Source: Gammaproteobacteria bacterium
GTDB taxonomy: Bacteria > Pseudomonadota > Gammaproteobacteria > S012-40
Assembly (NCBI GenBank): GCA_919902765.1
Contig: CAKKRP010000043.1
Location: 22,053 to 86,052 of the forward strand
Length of the DNA: 64,000 nt
Reading direction: 5' to 3'
The notes beneath the pieces are model-generated. The model ran no database searches. It was given only the letters and a program-made list of their open reading frames with translations, and was not told the origin of the DNA. This document shows positions 42,301 through 53,276 of this stretch, in pieces. Made by a program: the position numbers and the translations under genes. Each line of letters opens with the position of its first letter. Position 1 is the first letter of the stretch.

Positions 42301-42836
42301 AGATACAAGAGGTAGGTTTCACGCTTTACACCGAGCTGTTGCAACGGGCGGTGCAGGCCTTAAAATCCGGTAAAGAAGTGGATTTTGATCAACCGCTGCA
42401 TCACGGTGCGGAAATCGATTTAGGCATACCGGCGCTGATACCGGACACCTATTTACCCGATGTACATGCGCGTTTGATCATGTATAAACGCATCGCCAAC
42501 GCCAATGGCGCGGAAGCCCTAAAAGATTTACAAGTCGAGATGATAGATCGCTTTGGTTTGTTGCCGGAACAAACTAAAACGCTGTTTGTCGTAACGGGTT
42601 TTCGCCATCGTGCAACCCCTTTAGGCATACGTAAAATAGAAATAGGACCGCAAGGCGGGCGCGTCATTTTCGACGAAAAGCCCAATGTCGATGCCGCGAA
42701 AATTGTTAAATTGATACAGACAAAATCCAAGCAATATCGCCTAGAAGGCGCAAGCCGTTTACGTATTTTGCAGACTATGCCGAACGCCCAATCGCGCATC
42801 GCGGTGCTGGAAGAATTGTTACAACAATTGAATTAA
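39366..42836 (+). CDS. mfd: Transcription-repair coupling factor
   Basis: FPDWETLPYD, CGDVGFGKTEVA, DEEHRFG, QLHQLRGRVGRS; start uncertain (39282 or 39366). Confidence 0.97.
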   Translation: MLEQKSEAFQDIFCPILPQGKDLFCGNLHGAAKGMLLANLAHKYDGIIVVFTQDTPEAYQLENELRFFLGKERQNSILNFPDWETLPYDIFSPFQDIVSQRLLTLYRLPKLTRGILLVPVATAMQRIAPQAYIDQHTFDMRVGDRADLDAMRKRLENGGYRYVSQVLEHGDFSVRGSLLDLFPMGSDVPYRIDLLDDEVESIRVFDPENQRTVGKVDVIQLLPAHEFPSDQEAIARFRQRYREVVEGDPQRSEIYREVSQGRFPPGIEYYLPLFFENTATLFDFLPTKTLLVATDGSIDSADIFWRDIEHRYDQLRHNIERPLLTPELLFVAPAALKEILARTPIMHLQNYNQIDRPDACTLNFETAIVPALEFSARDEVATNGLEKFAKAYTGRILITAESEGRRELIREMLSHAGMAPVIVNHWSEFLRGNYPLGLAIAPLETGVMLTHPALTVIAEPQLFGSRIQQKRRRSRSQRDAEAIVRELTDLVIGSPVVHEDYGVGRYLGLQKLPVNGEDMEFLALQYAGSDKLYVPVSSLHLISRYMGANADTVPLHKLGTDQWQRAKRKATEKARDVAAELLDIYARREAAKGLRFTSNEREYLGFAASFPYEETPDQQSAIEATLQDLASGRPMDRVVCGDVGFGKTEVAMRAAFVVANGGKQVAVLVPTTLLAQQHYQNFVDRFAQWPFRIEVLSRFRSKAEQTTVLKALEQGKADILIATHKLIQDDIKFKDLGLLIVDEEHRFGVRQKEKLKALRTHVAILTLTATPIPRTMNMSLAGLRDLSIIATPPAHRHAVKTFVCQWDNAVIQEAVQRELKRGGQVYFLHNEVETIEKTARELSALIPEANVRFAHGQMRERELESTMGDFYHRRFNVLLATTIIESGIDIPNANTIIINRADKLGLAQLHQLRGRVGRSHHRAYAYLLVPPKGAMTPDAIKRLEAISSLETLGAGFMLATHDLEIRGAGELLGEEQSGQIQEVGFTLYTELLQRAVQALKSGKEVDFDQPLHHGAEIDLGIPALIPDTYLPDVHARLIMYKRIANANGAEALKDLQVEMIDRFGLLPEQTKTLFVVTGFRHRATPLGIRKIEIGPQGGRVIFDEKPNVDAAKIVKLIQTKSKQYRLEGASRLRILQTMPNAQSRIAVLEELLQQLN

Positions 42837-42843
42837 AATGAGT

Positions 42844-43389
42844 TTATGAATTTTGGCTGAGCGCTGGTATTATTCCTGCACGCGTGAGTTCATCTATGAA
42901 TCCGAATTGCGTCATATCGACGATACGTTGGGGATATAACACGCCATCCAGGTGATCGCATTCATGTTGGACGACGCGCGCATGAAAGTCGGAAACGATT
43001 CTTTCAAATGCTACGCCCTGGGCGTCCCGGCCTTGATAACGGATATGTTTATAACGTGGCACCATGCCACGCATGCCCGGTACACTGAGGCAACCTTCCC
43101 ACATTTCATGCATTTCGTCGGATAAGGGCTCTATCACCGGGTTGATTAAAATAGTCATCGGGATAGGCGCTATATGAGGGTAACGCGGATTTTTATCGAA
43201 ACCAAAGATGACGATGCGTTGGTTGATGCCTATTTGCGGCGCAGCAATCCCTGCGCCACTGAGGGCGGCCATCGTGTCGAGCATGTCCTGGATCATGCCG
43301 GTGAGCGTCGGCGTCCCAAACATGGTAACTTCCTCGGCAACCCGTCGTAATAGAGGGTCGCCCATTTTTAGAACATCTCGCACTGGCAT
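42844..43389 (-). CDS. def: Peptide deformylase
   Basis: GIAAPQ, EGCLS and QHECDHL motifs. Confidence 0.96.
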   Translation of the reverse strand: MPVRDVLKMGDPLLRRVAEEVTMFGTPTLTGMIQDMLDTMAALSGAGIAAPQIGINQRIVIFGFDKNPRYPHIAPIPMTILINPVIEPLSDEMHEMWEGCLSVPGMRGMVPRYKHIRYQGRDAQGVAFERIVSDFHARVVQHECDHLDGVLYPQRIVDMTQFGFIDELTRAGIIPALSQNS

Positions 43390-43449
43390 TTACTCATTCC
43401 CTCAAATATGTTTAACTTGTGGAGTCCCGGTATGGGCAACTATTATGGC

Positions 43450-44277
43450 GTGAGTCGTTTGAAACAGACAATTCAATTCTTTTATTGTATAGCGGTCGCC
43501 GTAGTCATCGGCGGGTTAAGCAGTGGGCGCGCGCGCGCGGCGGACGGTGATGTTGACAAATGGTATGAGGTTGAACTGATCTTGTTTGCCCATCCGGATG
43601 GCAACGCGTTGCAGTCGGAACATTGGGTCTCCGATCCTGGGCTACCGCCGTCAGATAAAAGTGTGGAGCGCCTAACACGCCCTGCGCCGCCGCCCGCCGC
43701 GAATCCAGCGGCGGCCACGGCTGCCCCGCCCAAAAATGTTCCAGTGGCCTTTCAAATGTTACCGCCCAACGATATGAAATTGTCGCCGCTGGTGGAAAAA
43801 CTAACCGCGAGCGCGGGCTACAAGGTGCTGATGCATACGGCATGGCGGCAACCCGTTTCTAAAGGGGAACGTGGGTCTGGTGTGATGCTGGATAATACCG
43901 TAGACGCCAACTACTCGCCCCCTAGCGCGACGCCACCTGCCGTCGTCGGCACCGCCCTCGCCCCGGAGGTCTCGCCATTTATTGGGGTATTTGCTCTAAC
44001 CTCGACGCGTTATTTGCATGTCACCGTAGACATCTTGTATCGCCAACCCGACGTGGTGCGCGCCGCCAGTGTCATAGACAATACGACCCCTACGTTTTCA
44101 ATGGGTGTTGACAGTGGTATCCCTACAACGGCGGTTAATAATCCGATTGCGGGATTTCGGATGACGGATTTACGCAAAATTAAAACGGATCAATTGCACT
44201 ATTTCGATCACCCATTGTTTGGAGTGATCGCACGCGTGGTACCCGTGGATATAGGTAAAGGCGGAAAAAATCCTTAG
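43450..44277 (+). CDS. CsiV-family peptidoglycan-binding protein
   Basis: WYEVELILF, LMHTAWRQ, RYLHV, LHYFDHPLFGVI; near mfd; start uncertain. Confidence 0.8.
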   Translation: MSRLKQTIQFFYCIAVAVVIGGLSSGRARAADGDVDKWYEVELILFAHPDGNALQSEHWVSDPGLPPSDKSVERLTRPAPPPAANPAAATAAPPKNVPVAFQMLPPNDMKLSPLVEKLTASAGYKVLMHTAWRQPVSKGERGSGVMLDNTVDANYSPPSATPPAVVGTALAPEVSPFIGVFALTSTRYLHVTVDILYRQPDVVRAASVIDNTTPTFSMGVDSGIPTTAVNNPIAGFRMTDLRKIKTDQLHYFDHPLFGVIARVVPVDIGKGGKNP

Positions 44278-44331
44278 TTTCGTTATGTTGATTTGATATT
44301 ACAAATCCATTTTTATATAGTTAATTACTTT

Positions 44332-47300
44332 ATTTCCGTTCGTGTCCTTGCGAAGATCGCGATTTAGCCAGTCGACGAATTTGGCTAATCCTAGCGCAAT
44401 GTTTCAATCCACGCGCTCGCGAAGAGCGCGACGTGAGGATGGAATTTGCAGCACCCGTCGGTATCGTTTCAATCCACGCGCTCGCGAAGAGCGCGACGCA
44501 ACGGCTGCGGGATGAGGCCGTCGCTTTTTTAGTTTCAATCCACGCGCTCGCGAAGAGCGCGACGAATCCGGCGAGAGCATGGGCCAATACGATACGCGTT
44601 TCAATCCACGCGCTCGCGAAGAGCGCGACATATCAATGGCTGATTGGTCAAATTTGTTACGTACCGTTTCAATCCACGCGCTCGCGAAGAGCGCGACTCC
44701 AAACACGCGTGATGCTTCCGTGACTGCCTTGTTTCAATCCACGCGCTCGCGAAGAGCGCGACCCCGATAATCGGAAATCTCATACAACTCCTAGAGTTTC
44801 AATCCACGCGCTCGCGAAGAGCGCGACGGGGACACGTTCATTATTTGCGACACAATGGATCGGTTTCAATCCACGCGCTCGCGAAGAGCGCGACAAACAG
44901 CAGCACACGTTCACGCTAGTGATATTATGTTTCAATCCACGCGCTCGCGAAGAGCGCGACCGAAAAACGCCCGTAGATATTATTAACCGTCAAAACGTTT
45001 CAATCCACGCGCTCGCGAAGAGCGCGACACGTCGGGCAGTTTGGCTGCGCCGAATTTTGCGAGTTTCAATCCACGCGCTCGCGAAGAGCGCGACCTTGCC
45101 GTCCAGGGTTGTGTGCGCGCCCCTTGTGGTTTCAATCCACGCGCTCGCGAAGAGCGCGACGGATATCACCGGCATGAGTTGGTGCGCGGTGCTCAGTAAC
45201 GGTTTCAATCCACGCGCTCGCGAAGAGCGCGACTTTTGGGACAATGACATCTGGAGAGATGCTAAGAGTTTCAATCCACGCGCTCGCGAAGAGCGCGACA
45301 TCCCGGCTGGCCTGCCGATTTTCGCACCGACGACGTTTCAATCCACGCGCTCGCGAAGAGCGCGACTCGCCGTTGCGCGCCACCACGAGATATTCAAGAT
45401 GTTTCAATCCACGCGCTCGCGAAGAGCGCGACTTTTAAGCTAATCTTAATCGTGCCTTAAGGTTACTGTTTCAATCCACGCGCTCGCGAAGAGCGCGACG
45501 TGCCGTGAGAATGCCAGATTTCATAGGATCGAGGGTTTCAATCCACGCGCTCGCGAAGAGCGCGACGGATGACGTTTAAACCAATCCATGAGGAGTGATG
45601 CGTTTCAATCCACGCGCTCGCGAAGAGCGCGACACTCAAGGCACGCGCTGACAGCTTGACCACTAAGGTTTCAATCCACGCGCTCGCGAAGAGCGCGACT
45701 CGCCCAAGGTGCGTCTCCAATTCCTAATCGCTTGTTTCAATCCACGCGCTCGCGAAGAGCGCGACCGGCCTACTCGACGCCGCCGCCGCCATGTCTCGCG
45801 ACGTTTCAATCCACGCGCTCGCGAAGAGCGCGACACGGTCGAGATCACGCTCGACGCCACGCAGTTTCAGTTTCAATCCACGCGCTCGCGAAGAGCGCGA
45901 CGGAGCACAACCGCCGCGTGTGGCCCGCGCCGATTGTTTCAATCCACGCGCTCGCGAAGAGCGCGACATGCCTTCGACAAATGACGCCGCTTCGGGCGAC
46001 GCGTTTCAATCCACGCGCTCGCGAAGAGCGCGACGTGGCGGAATCATGCGATTCCGCTATGCGTTCGAGTTTCAATCCACGCGCTCGCGAAGAGCGCGAC
46101 TTTCCGAATATTTTAATCTAAATACCAATAGATTAGTTTCAATCCACGCGCTCGCGAAGAGCGCGACATCATTCGGCGGAGCCATGGTTGCAGGTTTAGC
46201 GCGTTTCAATCCACGCGCTCGCGAAGAGCGCGACAGATTGATGCGATTGTTTGGACTTGTCCACCATCGTTTCAATCCACGCGCTCGCGAAGAGCGCGAC
46301 AGATTGCGATTATCGCCTTCAATCCACGACATAAGTTTCAATCCACGCGCTCGCGAAGAGCGCGACAAAAAACGACCCGACTCCAACCTGTAGTAGCAGG
46401 TGTTTCAATCCACGCGCTCGCGAAGAGCGCGACGTCTATGCTTTTCCTCATATTTCAGTACCTGGATGTTTCAATCCACGCGCTCGCGAAGAGCGCGACG
46501 CCATCCGCGCCAATTTTACCAGTGGTGTAATTTGTTTCAATCCACGCGCTCGCGAAGAGCGCGACAACACCACTTTTGTCGCAGTGACAGAAACCACCTT
46601 GTTTCAATCCACGCGCTCGCGAAGAGCGCGACTCGTATTCCACGGTATACAACACTGCGTTATCATGTTTCAATCCACGCGCTCGCGAAGAGCGCGACGT
46701 ACGTCTCTGGCTACTGCTGGCGTCAGGATAGATGTTTCAATCCACGCGCTCGCGAAGAGCGCGACCGTCCGAGATTAGTTGGTCGCTAATCATTGACGGT
46801 GTTTCAATCCACGCGCTCGCGAAGAGCGCGACCCCGCCGTCCGTGAGTCGCCCGTCGTCCACGTACCGTTTCAATCCACGCGCTCGCGAAGAGCGCGACA
46901 TTCATACTCTACCTCACATCGTCGTTATTTTGCGTTTCAATCCACGCGCTCGCGAAGAGCGCGACAACGAGAAACAGAGTAGAGCGTGCTGTGGAACACG
47001 TTTCAATCCACGCGCTCGCGAAGAGCGCGACGCAAAGTGCGTCTAGCCTCGGGCGTTATGATGTGTTTCAATCCACGCGCTCGCGAAGAGCGCGACACGC
47101 GCGTGACTGGCGCAACATTTGCCCCGCCTGTTTCAATCCACGCGCTCGCGAAGAGCGCGACGGATTTTAATCTTATCACCGCGGTGGCGGCCGCCGTTTC
47201 AATCCACGCGCTCGCGAAGAGCGCGACTCCAGTTCGGCCTGGTGCAGCTTCAACCCGACGTCGTTTCAATCCACGCGCTCGCGAAGAGCGCGACATGATA

Positions 47301-50300
47301 TTTTAACGACTAGCGTGATGGTAAAAGTGTTTCAATCCACGCGCTCGCGAAGAGCGCGACGACGATTTCACGGAAGTTGCAATTATGTATAATAGTTTCA
47401 ATCCACGCGCTCGCGAAGAGCGCGACGCCCCATTTAATTTTGCCACCAGCGTCAAAGGTGGTTTCAATCCACGCGCTCGCGAAGAGCGCGACCGATCAAC
47501 GTCTTGGCGACCTGGAGGCGTTCATCGTTTCAATCCACGCGCTCGCGAAGAGCGCGACTTTGATGCACCTTAGCAATACCGGCGGCTACGATAGTTTCAA
47601 TCCACGCGCTCGCGAAGAGCGCGACGGAACTACATCGGAGAGATATAATGATCAAAATTGTTTCAATCCACGCGCTCGCGAAGAGCGCGACGTTTCAATC
47701 CACGCGCCCGCCACGGCGCGAACGCGTTTCAATCCACGCGCTCGCGAAGAGCGCGACATTATATTTCTATTGGCAATTGTTGCGCCAGTCTGTTTCAATC
47801 CACGCGCTCGCGAAGAGCGCGACCGGCTATCCGCGTCCACACTGGATCAGGATGGTGTTTCAATCCACGCGCTCGCGAAGAGCGCGACTGTTGATGGAGA
47901 GTGGGCAGAGTGTGGATATTTTGTTTCAATCCACGCGCTCGCGAAGAGCGCGACCCCTGTTTAGCGGCGAATTATCGCGTTTAAAATTGTTTCAATCCAC
48001 GCGCTCGCGAAGAGCGCGACGAGGATTTTGCGATTTTATTCCAATCAACAATGGTTTCAATCCACGCGCTCGCGAAGAGCGCGACTTACTACATCGGATT
48101 GAACCAGGCCGAACGCCCTGTTTCAATCCACGCGCTCGCGAAGAGCGCGACCAACGTTATCGATAAATATTTTCCGGACGGAATTGTTTCAATCCACGCG
48201 CTCGCGAAGAGCGCGACGTTAAATCCTGTAGTAATTACGCGCGCGGATCTCGTTTCAATCCACGCGCTCGCGAAGAGCGCGACAAAGGCAACTGCGAATT
48301 TGTCGGGCGTGAATGCGGTTTCAATCCACGCGCTCGCGAAGAGCGCGACCCGCCGTTTTTTTAAATTTTGTCCATTCTTCGACGTTTCAATCCACGCGCT
48401 CGCGAAGAGCGCGACCACGCGTCGCAACCGTCGCGTCGCTGACGTACTGGTTTCAATCCACGCGCTCGCGAAGAGCGCGACCGTCAACTAGCAATGACCC
48501 AATGTTGTCGGAGTTGTTTCAATCCACGCGCTCGCGAAGAGCGCGACAAATGCAATACAGTGATCGTAGTCAGGCTCACCTGTTTCAATCCACGCGCTCG
48601 CGAAGAGCGCGACATTTTAAACGCGGCGGGTGTGCCGGGCACAACCAGGTTTCAATCCACGCGCTCGCGAAGAGCGCGACTTTTAGACAAGGATCAATCA
48701 TGAGAACGTTAAACGTTTCAATCCACGCGCTCGCGAAGAGCGCGACATTTAAATGCCGAGAGGAAATGCAGAAGTCTATGTTTCAATCCACGCGCTCGCG
48801 AAGAGCGCGACGAGCTATCAAAAAAATTTAGCAGCTTGGATTAGTGTTTCAATCCACGCGCTCGCGAAGAGCGCGACGCCGCAAAATAAAATTCAGGGCC
48901 ACGGCTAAGCTGTTTCAATCCACGCGCTCGCGAAGAGCGCGACATAAAACGCGCGGGAATCAGATACAGCGTCGGAGGTTTCAATCCACGCGCTCGCGAA
49001 GAGCGCGACGGTCGCGTTTAGGGCTGACTCAAGCCTCTTTGGCCGTTTCAATCCACGCGCTCGCGAAGAGCGCGACTAGAGCTGCACCGTCCACATGTCG
49101 CAAAAATTCTGTTTCAATCCACGCGCTCGCGAAGAGCGCGACCACGATCGAGAGTTATTCCCAACTAAAATAAGAGTTTCAATCCACGCGCTCGCGAAGA
49201 GCGCGACCGCGTAGAACTAAAATATATGCGCCGAGATATCGACGTTTCAATCCACGCGCTCGCGAAGAGCGCGACAATACAAAAAAGACGCTATTGACTA
49301 TGCTATTTTTGTTTCAATCCACGCGCTCGCGAAGAGCGCGACATAATACCGATTCGGATTTATTCGATCTGGTTATAGTTTCAATCCACGCGCTCGCGAA
49401 GAGCGCGACCAACAACAGCCTTTGTTAAATCTCCAAGTATTCCGTTTCAATCCACGCGCTCGCGAAGAGCGCGACGTAAATTCGACTGGTTTTTTGTCGC
49501 AGACAGAATAGTTTCAATCCACGCGCTCGCGAAGAGCGCGACTTACGGGCGGCAATACCGCCGCCCGGTTAACCTAGGTTTCAATCCACGCGCTCGCGAA
49601 GAGCGCGACCGCCGACGTAGGTCGCGATTGCGGAAAAATCATTGTTTCAATCCACGCGCTCGCGAAGAGCGCGACGTTCCGCTACAGGTATGTATTTGCT
49701 CGATTTAATGTTTCAATCCACGCGCTCGCGAAGAGCGCGACGCAACGCGGTGGTCGCCATCGCCGCTATTAAATCGTTTCAATCCACGCGCTCGCGAAGA
49801 GCGCGACTAATTCAGATTGTGGCGATTTTGCCGGTTGAAGGGTTTCAATCCACGCGCTCGCGAAGAGCGCGACTCGCAAATCAGTAGCGCTCAGGTATAA
49901 AATACAGGTTTCAATCCACGCGCTCGCGAAGAGCGCGACCGCCCGTATCTCAAAACCTCATCTGTTTTAGCAGGGTTTCAATCCACGCGCTCGCGAAGAG
50001 CGCGACGTGTCGCCGTGCTCGATATAAGCGTGTCGTATCCCGTTTCAATCCACGCGCTCGCGAAGAGCGCGACGCCCGCACCGCGCGCAATGCCGAGGCC
50101 TGGGATAAAGTTTCAATCCACGCGCTCGCGAAGAGCGCGACACTCATGCGCCTCTGCGACCGCAGTGCGGTTGTCGTTTCAATCCACGCGCTCGCGAAGA
50201 GCGCGACACTACACGTTGGGCTTCACCAGTTGTCTCGCTATGTTTCAATCCACGCGCTCGCGAAGAGCGCGACGCTAAACGTGTTGCTCGCGGATTGCGT

Positions 50301-50869
50301 CAGGTTGTTTCAATCCACGCGCTCGCGAAGAGCGCGACGCGGCGGAAAATTTAAATCTCGCAACGACGGAATGTTTCAATCCACGCGCTCGCGAAGAGCG
50401 CGACAAGTGGGTATCGTCATACGGCCTGGCGGACGACGGTTTCAATCCACGCGCTCGCGAAGAGCGCGACTCTAAGTTAATCGAAATGTGCAATAGCGAA
50501 ATGTCGTTTCAATCCACGCGCTCGCGAAGAGCGCGACGTTGTTCCGTGCGCACATTGTCCCAGCGCGGAATGGTTTCAATCCACGCGCTCGCGAAGAGCG
50601 CGACATCTCAAAACTCACGGAATTATGCAGGCACCGACAGTTTCAATCCACGCGCTCGCGAAGAGCGCGACTAAGGGACACACCCGCAAATGGCCGCGCA
50701 AACGAGTTTCAATCCACGCGCTCGCGAAGAGCGCGACCATACGTCTGTATAACGCACGTGCTATCATTAGAGTTTCAATCCACGCGCTCGCGAAGAGCGC
50801 GACTATTTGAGGGAAAATCGCCGGTATCTTCTAAAACGTTTCAATCCACGCGCTCGCGAAGAGCGCGAC
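44332..50869 (-). CRISPR. Type I-C CRISPR array: ~98 identical 32-bp repeats plus a degenerate terminal repeat
   Basis: Repeat GTCGCGCTCTTCGCGAGCGCGTGGATTGAAAC (minus strand) spanning 44401-50869; spacers mostly 33-37 bp; degenerate trailer repeat 44332-44363; count made by eye. Confidence 0.98.
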
Positions 50870-51044
50870 TTCACAAGTCTAACTCATTGATTTTCACAGT
50901 GCTAGTGCCTTACTGCCGCTAACCTATATTTGAAAGTGATGCGTAGCGTTCTTCGCGCTTCATAGCGGTCTATTATGTATAAAAAACAAATAGTTAAATA
51001 CCCGCTAACCGGCCCTCAATTTGATGAGTACACATGATTAGCGC
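50870..51044 (-). promoter_or_regulatory. CRISPR leader with IHF-like site
   Basis: Between cas2 and the first repeat; minus-strand AATCAATGAGTTA at 50880-50892 matches WATCAANNNNTTR; repeated CGCTAACC motifs. Confidence 0.8.
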
Positions 51045-51344
51045 TTACAGAATTATTGCATCGCGGAACGGATCGGGTGAGGGCTTGGCGCCGATGTGTT
51101 CGACTTTTTGGCGGCCCTTTTTGCCTAAAAAATAGAAGCGGAGACTATCTTCCTTCGGATCGAACGTTTCCGTCAACAGATTTTTAAACACTGTGAATTG
51201 TGCAGGGTCAACTTCGCATTCAAAAACTGAGTTTTGTACACGCATGCCATAATCCAGGCAAATTTTCGCTATATTGCGCAGTCGGCGTTGCCCCGCTTTT
51301 GTTACGACGCTGACATCATACGTGACGAGTACCAGCATTGTCAT
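51045..51344 (-). CDS. cas2: Cas2
   Basis: LVTYDV, RVQNSVFEC, DSLRFY. Confidence 0.96.
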   Translation of the reverse strand: MTMLVLVTYDVSVVTKAGQRRLRNIAKICLDYGMRVQNSVFECEVDPAQFTVFKNLLTETFDPKEDSLRFYFLGKKGRQKVEHIGAKPSPDPFRDAIIL

Positions 51345-52357
51345 TTCACCAAATAGGGCGGATAGTATTCCGTGTCGCCGCGTATATGCCGCGCCAACAG
51401 CATGGCCTGGCAGTGTGGCAGCAAACCGATAGGCACTTGTTCTTCCAAATAGGGATGCATTATTTCCACTTGCTTGCGTTCTTGCCAGGCGGTCAACAAA
51501 CTTTTGCGAGCATCGTCTGTTAAGCGTACCGCACCGCTGGCTTCGGTGACAAAATCATTTGGTTTTACCTGCTGGCGATTGATGAGCGTTAATACAAAAC
51601 GGTCCGCCCATGGCGCGCGAAATTCCTCCAATAAATCCAGGGCAAGGCTTGAACGACCGGGCCTGTCTTGATGCAAGAATCCCACGTAGGGGTCGAGCCC
51701 CACACCTTGCAGCGCGGACGCACATTCATGCGTGATCAATGTGTACGCAAAGGAAAGCAATGCGTTGACAGGATCTGTCGGCGGCCTGCGCACCCGCCCG
51801 CCAAAGATAAATCCACTGCCTCGCAACAATTCATTAAACACTCCAAAATAAGTGCTTGCAGCGTCACCCTCTATGCCCATGGCCTCTGCCACCGTTTTGG
51901 CGTGACGGGCGCGGCGCAAGCTAGTTGCAAGCCGTTCAACCGCAGATGCAATCAAAGAGTTTTCGCCGTGATTTCGGATTTCGCGCAATAATACGGCGCG
52001 ACCATTGGCGATTTTTGCAGCGACCATCAAACGTGCAATGCCAACGGATTTTTCGTTATCATCGGCCCAGCGATATTGCGCGCGGCGCAGCAACACATTG
52101 CCGGTTTGTTTGCCCTGCACCCGCGCAAGAAACCGCCCGTATTCCGTATAAAAAGACAAACCAATCCCTTGTTCCCCACAGTAGCCCATCAAAAATGGAG
52201 ACACGGAAACTTGACCGAAGCAAAAAATATTGCCGACGGTGAGCGCGGGGAATTGCCCGAGCTTTTCGTCACCCTGTTTGTTGATGATGGTCTCGCGGTC
52301 TTTATGGAGGTAGCTTTCTTGGCGCGCAATATAGAGGGAGTTGAGAAGTTTTTTCAT
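51341..52357 (-). CDS. cas1: Cas1 (type I-C)
   Basis: MKKLLNSLY, GNVLLRRAQY, RRPPTDPVNALLS, LALDLLEEFR. Confidence 0.96.
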   Translation of the reverse strand: MKKLLNSLYIARQESYLHKDRETIINKQGDEKLGQFPALTVGNIFCFGQVSVSPFLMGYCGEQGIGLSFYTEYGRFLARVQGKQTGNVLLRRAQYRWADDNEKSVGIARLMVAAKIANGRAVLLREIRNHGENSLIASAVERLATSLRRARHAKTVAEAMGIEGDAASTYFGVFNELLRGSGFIFGGRVRRPPTDPVNALLSFAYTLITHECASALQGVGLDPYVGFLHQDRPGRSSLALDLLEEFRAPWADRFVLTLINRQQVKPNDFVTEASGAVRLTDDARKSLLTAWQERKQVEIMHPYLEEQVPIGLLPHCQAMLLARHIRGDTEYYPPYLVK

Positions 52358-52575
52358 AGTGTCATTTTCAACCGGTGACAATTTGTCACCGACTCGTTGC
52401 CTTCCTTGTCTAGCCCTTCTTTAAGCTTATTCCGGTATTTTCGAGCGGTTTGATAATCCGATTGCTGGGTCAACTCCTGCACGATGTCGATGACAGAGAA
52501 CCACCAGATTTCCTTGGTCTCATCATACACCCGCCTAATCTGATAGTCTTCAAACAGTGCCAAATCGGCTTTCAT
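52354..52575 (-). CDS. Truncated Bro-N domain protein
   Basis: LFEDYQIRRVYD...WWFSVIDIV...ARKY...SVTNCHRLK matches the Bro-N start; 73 aa; stop overlaps the cas1 ATG. Confidence 0.7.
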   Translation of the reverse strand: MKADLALFEDYQIRRVYDETKEIWWFSVIDIVQELTQQSDYQTARKYRNKLKEGLDKEGNESVTNCHRLKMTL

Positions 52576-52607
52576 AACACCTTCCTCGCTGATTGTTACG
52601 CGTTCGC

Positions 52608-53276
52608 CTATTCATTGGCATTGCGTTCCTCTTCACCCTCGTTTTCGGCATACATTGCTTCAACATATCGCCCAGAATGATCACGACGAAATATCTCCGG
52701 TTCACATAAATTGACCAATGAGCACGCGCGGCAGCGTTTGACCTCATCGGTAGGCGGCGGTGTTTTGCCCGATGCTAACAATGCATGCGCGCCTTCAATG
52801 GCCGCCACCGTAGTCGCTCGCAATGCATCGTCAATCATCACGGGTTCACGCCGTCGCACCTCCCAATACCAAATGGCGCCTTCGGTCACGCGGGTGTCGC
52901 GCATTTCTTCTATACACAAGGCTTGCGCGCACACTTGCACACGATCCCAATCTTCCACCTTCGGCTTGCCGCGTTTATATTCCACTGGGAAATAATGCAG
53001 CGGACTATTAGTCGCAGAATCGCCCGCCTCAATCTCCAGCAAATCCATTTTGCCGGTGAGTTGATATCGCTGCGAATTCAACATTACGCCGCGCTCATAC
53101 CGCGTGCCGCGCCGTTGTTCCGCCACGCCGGAATCTACCCGCTCGTGCAATAGATTGCCTTCGGCGGTGTATTGGTTGTCTGCCCACACCTGCTCAATAT
53201 GAATCAACGCAAACTGCCGGGGGCAGTAGGCGTAGTGTTGTAGGGCGGAGAGCACTATGAAATCAATCGTCTGCAT
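52608..53276 (-). CDS. cas4: Cas4, full length
   Basis: LQHYAYCPRQ, PVEYKRG, C-terminal CRACSLVNLC Fe-S ligands. Confidence 0.95.
   Translation of the reverse strand: MQTIDFIVLSALQHYAYCPRQFALIHIEQVWADNQYTAEGNLLHERVDSGVAEQRRGTRYERGVMLNSQRYQLTGKMDLLEIEAGDSATNSPLHYFPVEYKRGKPKVEDWDRVQVCAQALCIEEMRDTRVTEGAIWYWEVRRREPVMIDDALRATTVAAIEGAHALLASGKTPPPTDEVKRCRACSLVNLCEPEIFRRDHSGRYVEAMYAENEGEEERNANE

Noticed and set aside
46318..46328. 11-bp match to the repeat (TTCAATCCACG) inside a spacer
   Set aside because: No hairpin and a short match; plausible by chance, unlike the spacer at 47692
49543..49577. Spacer with a strong hairpin (GGGCGGC...GCCGCCC)
   Set aside because: Probably sampled from a terminator-like sequence in the target; unrelated to the repeat
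44330..50922. Many ORFs with repeated VSIHALAKSAT / FQSTRSRRAR / FNPRAREERD peptides
   Set aside because: These are translations of the CRISPR repeat, not genes
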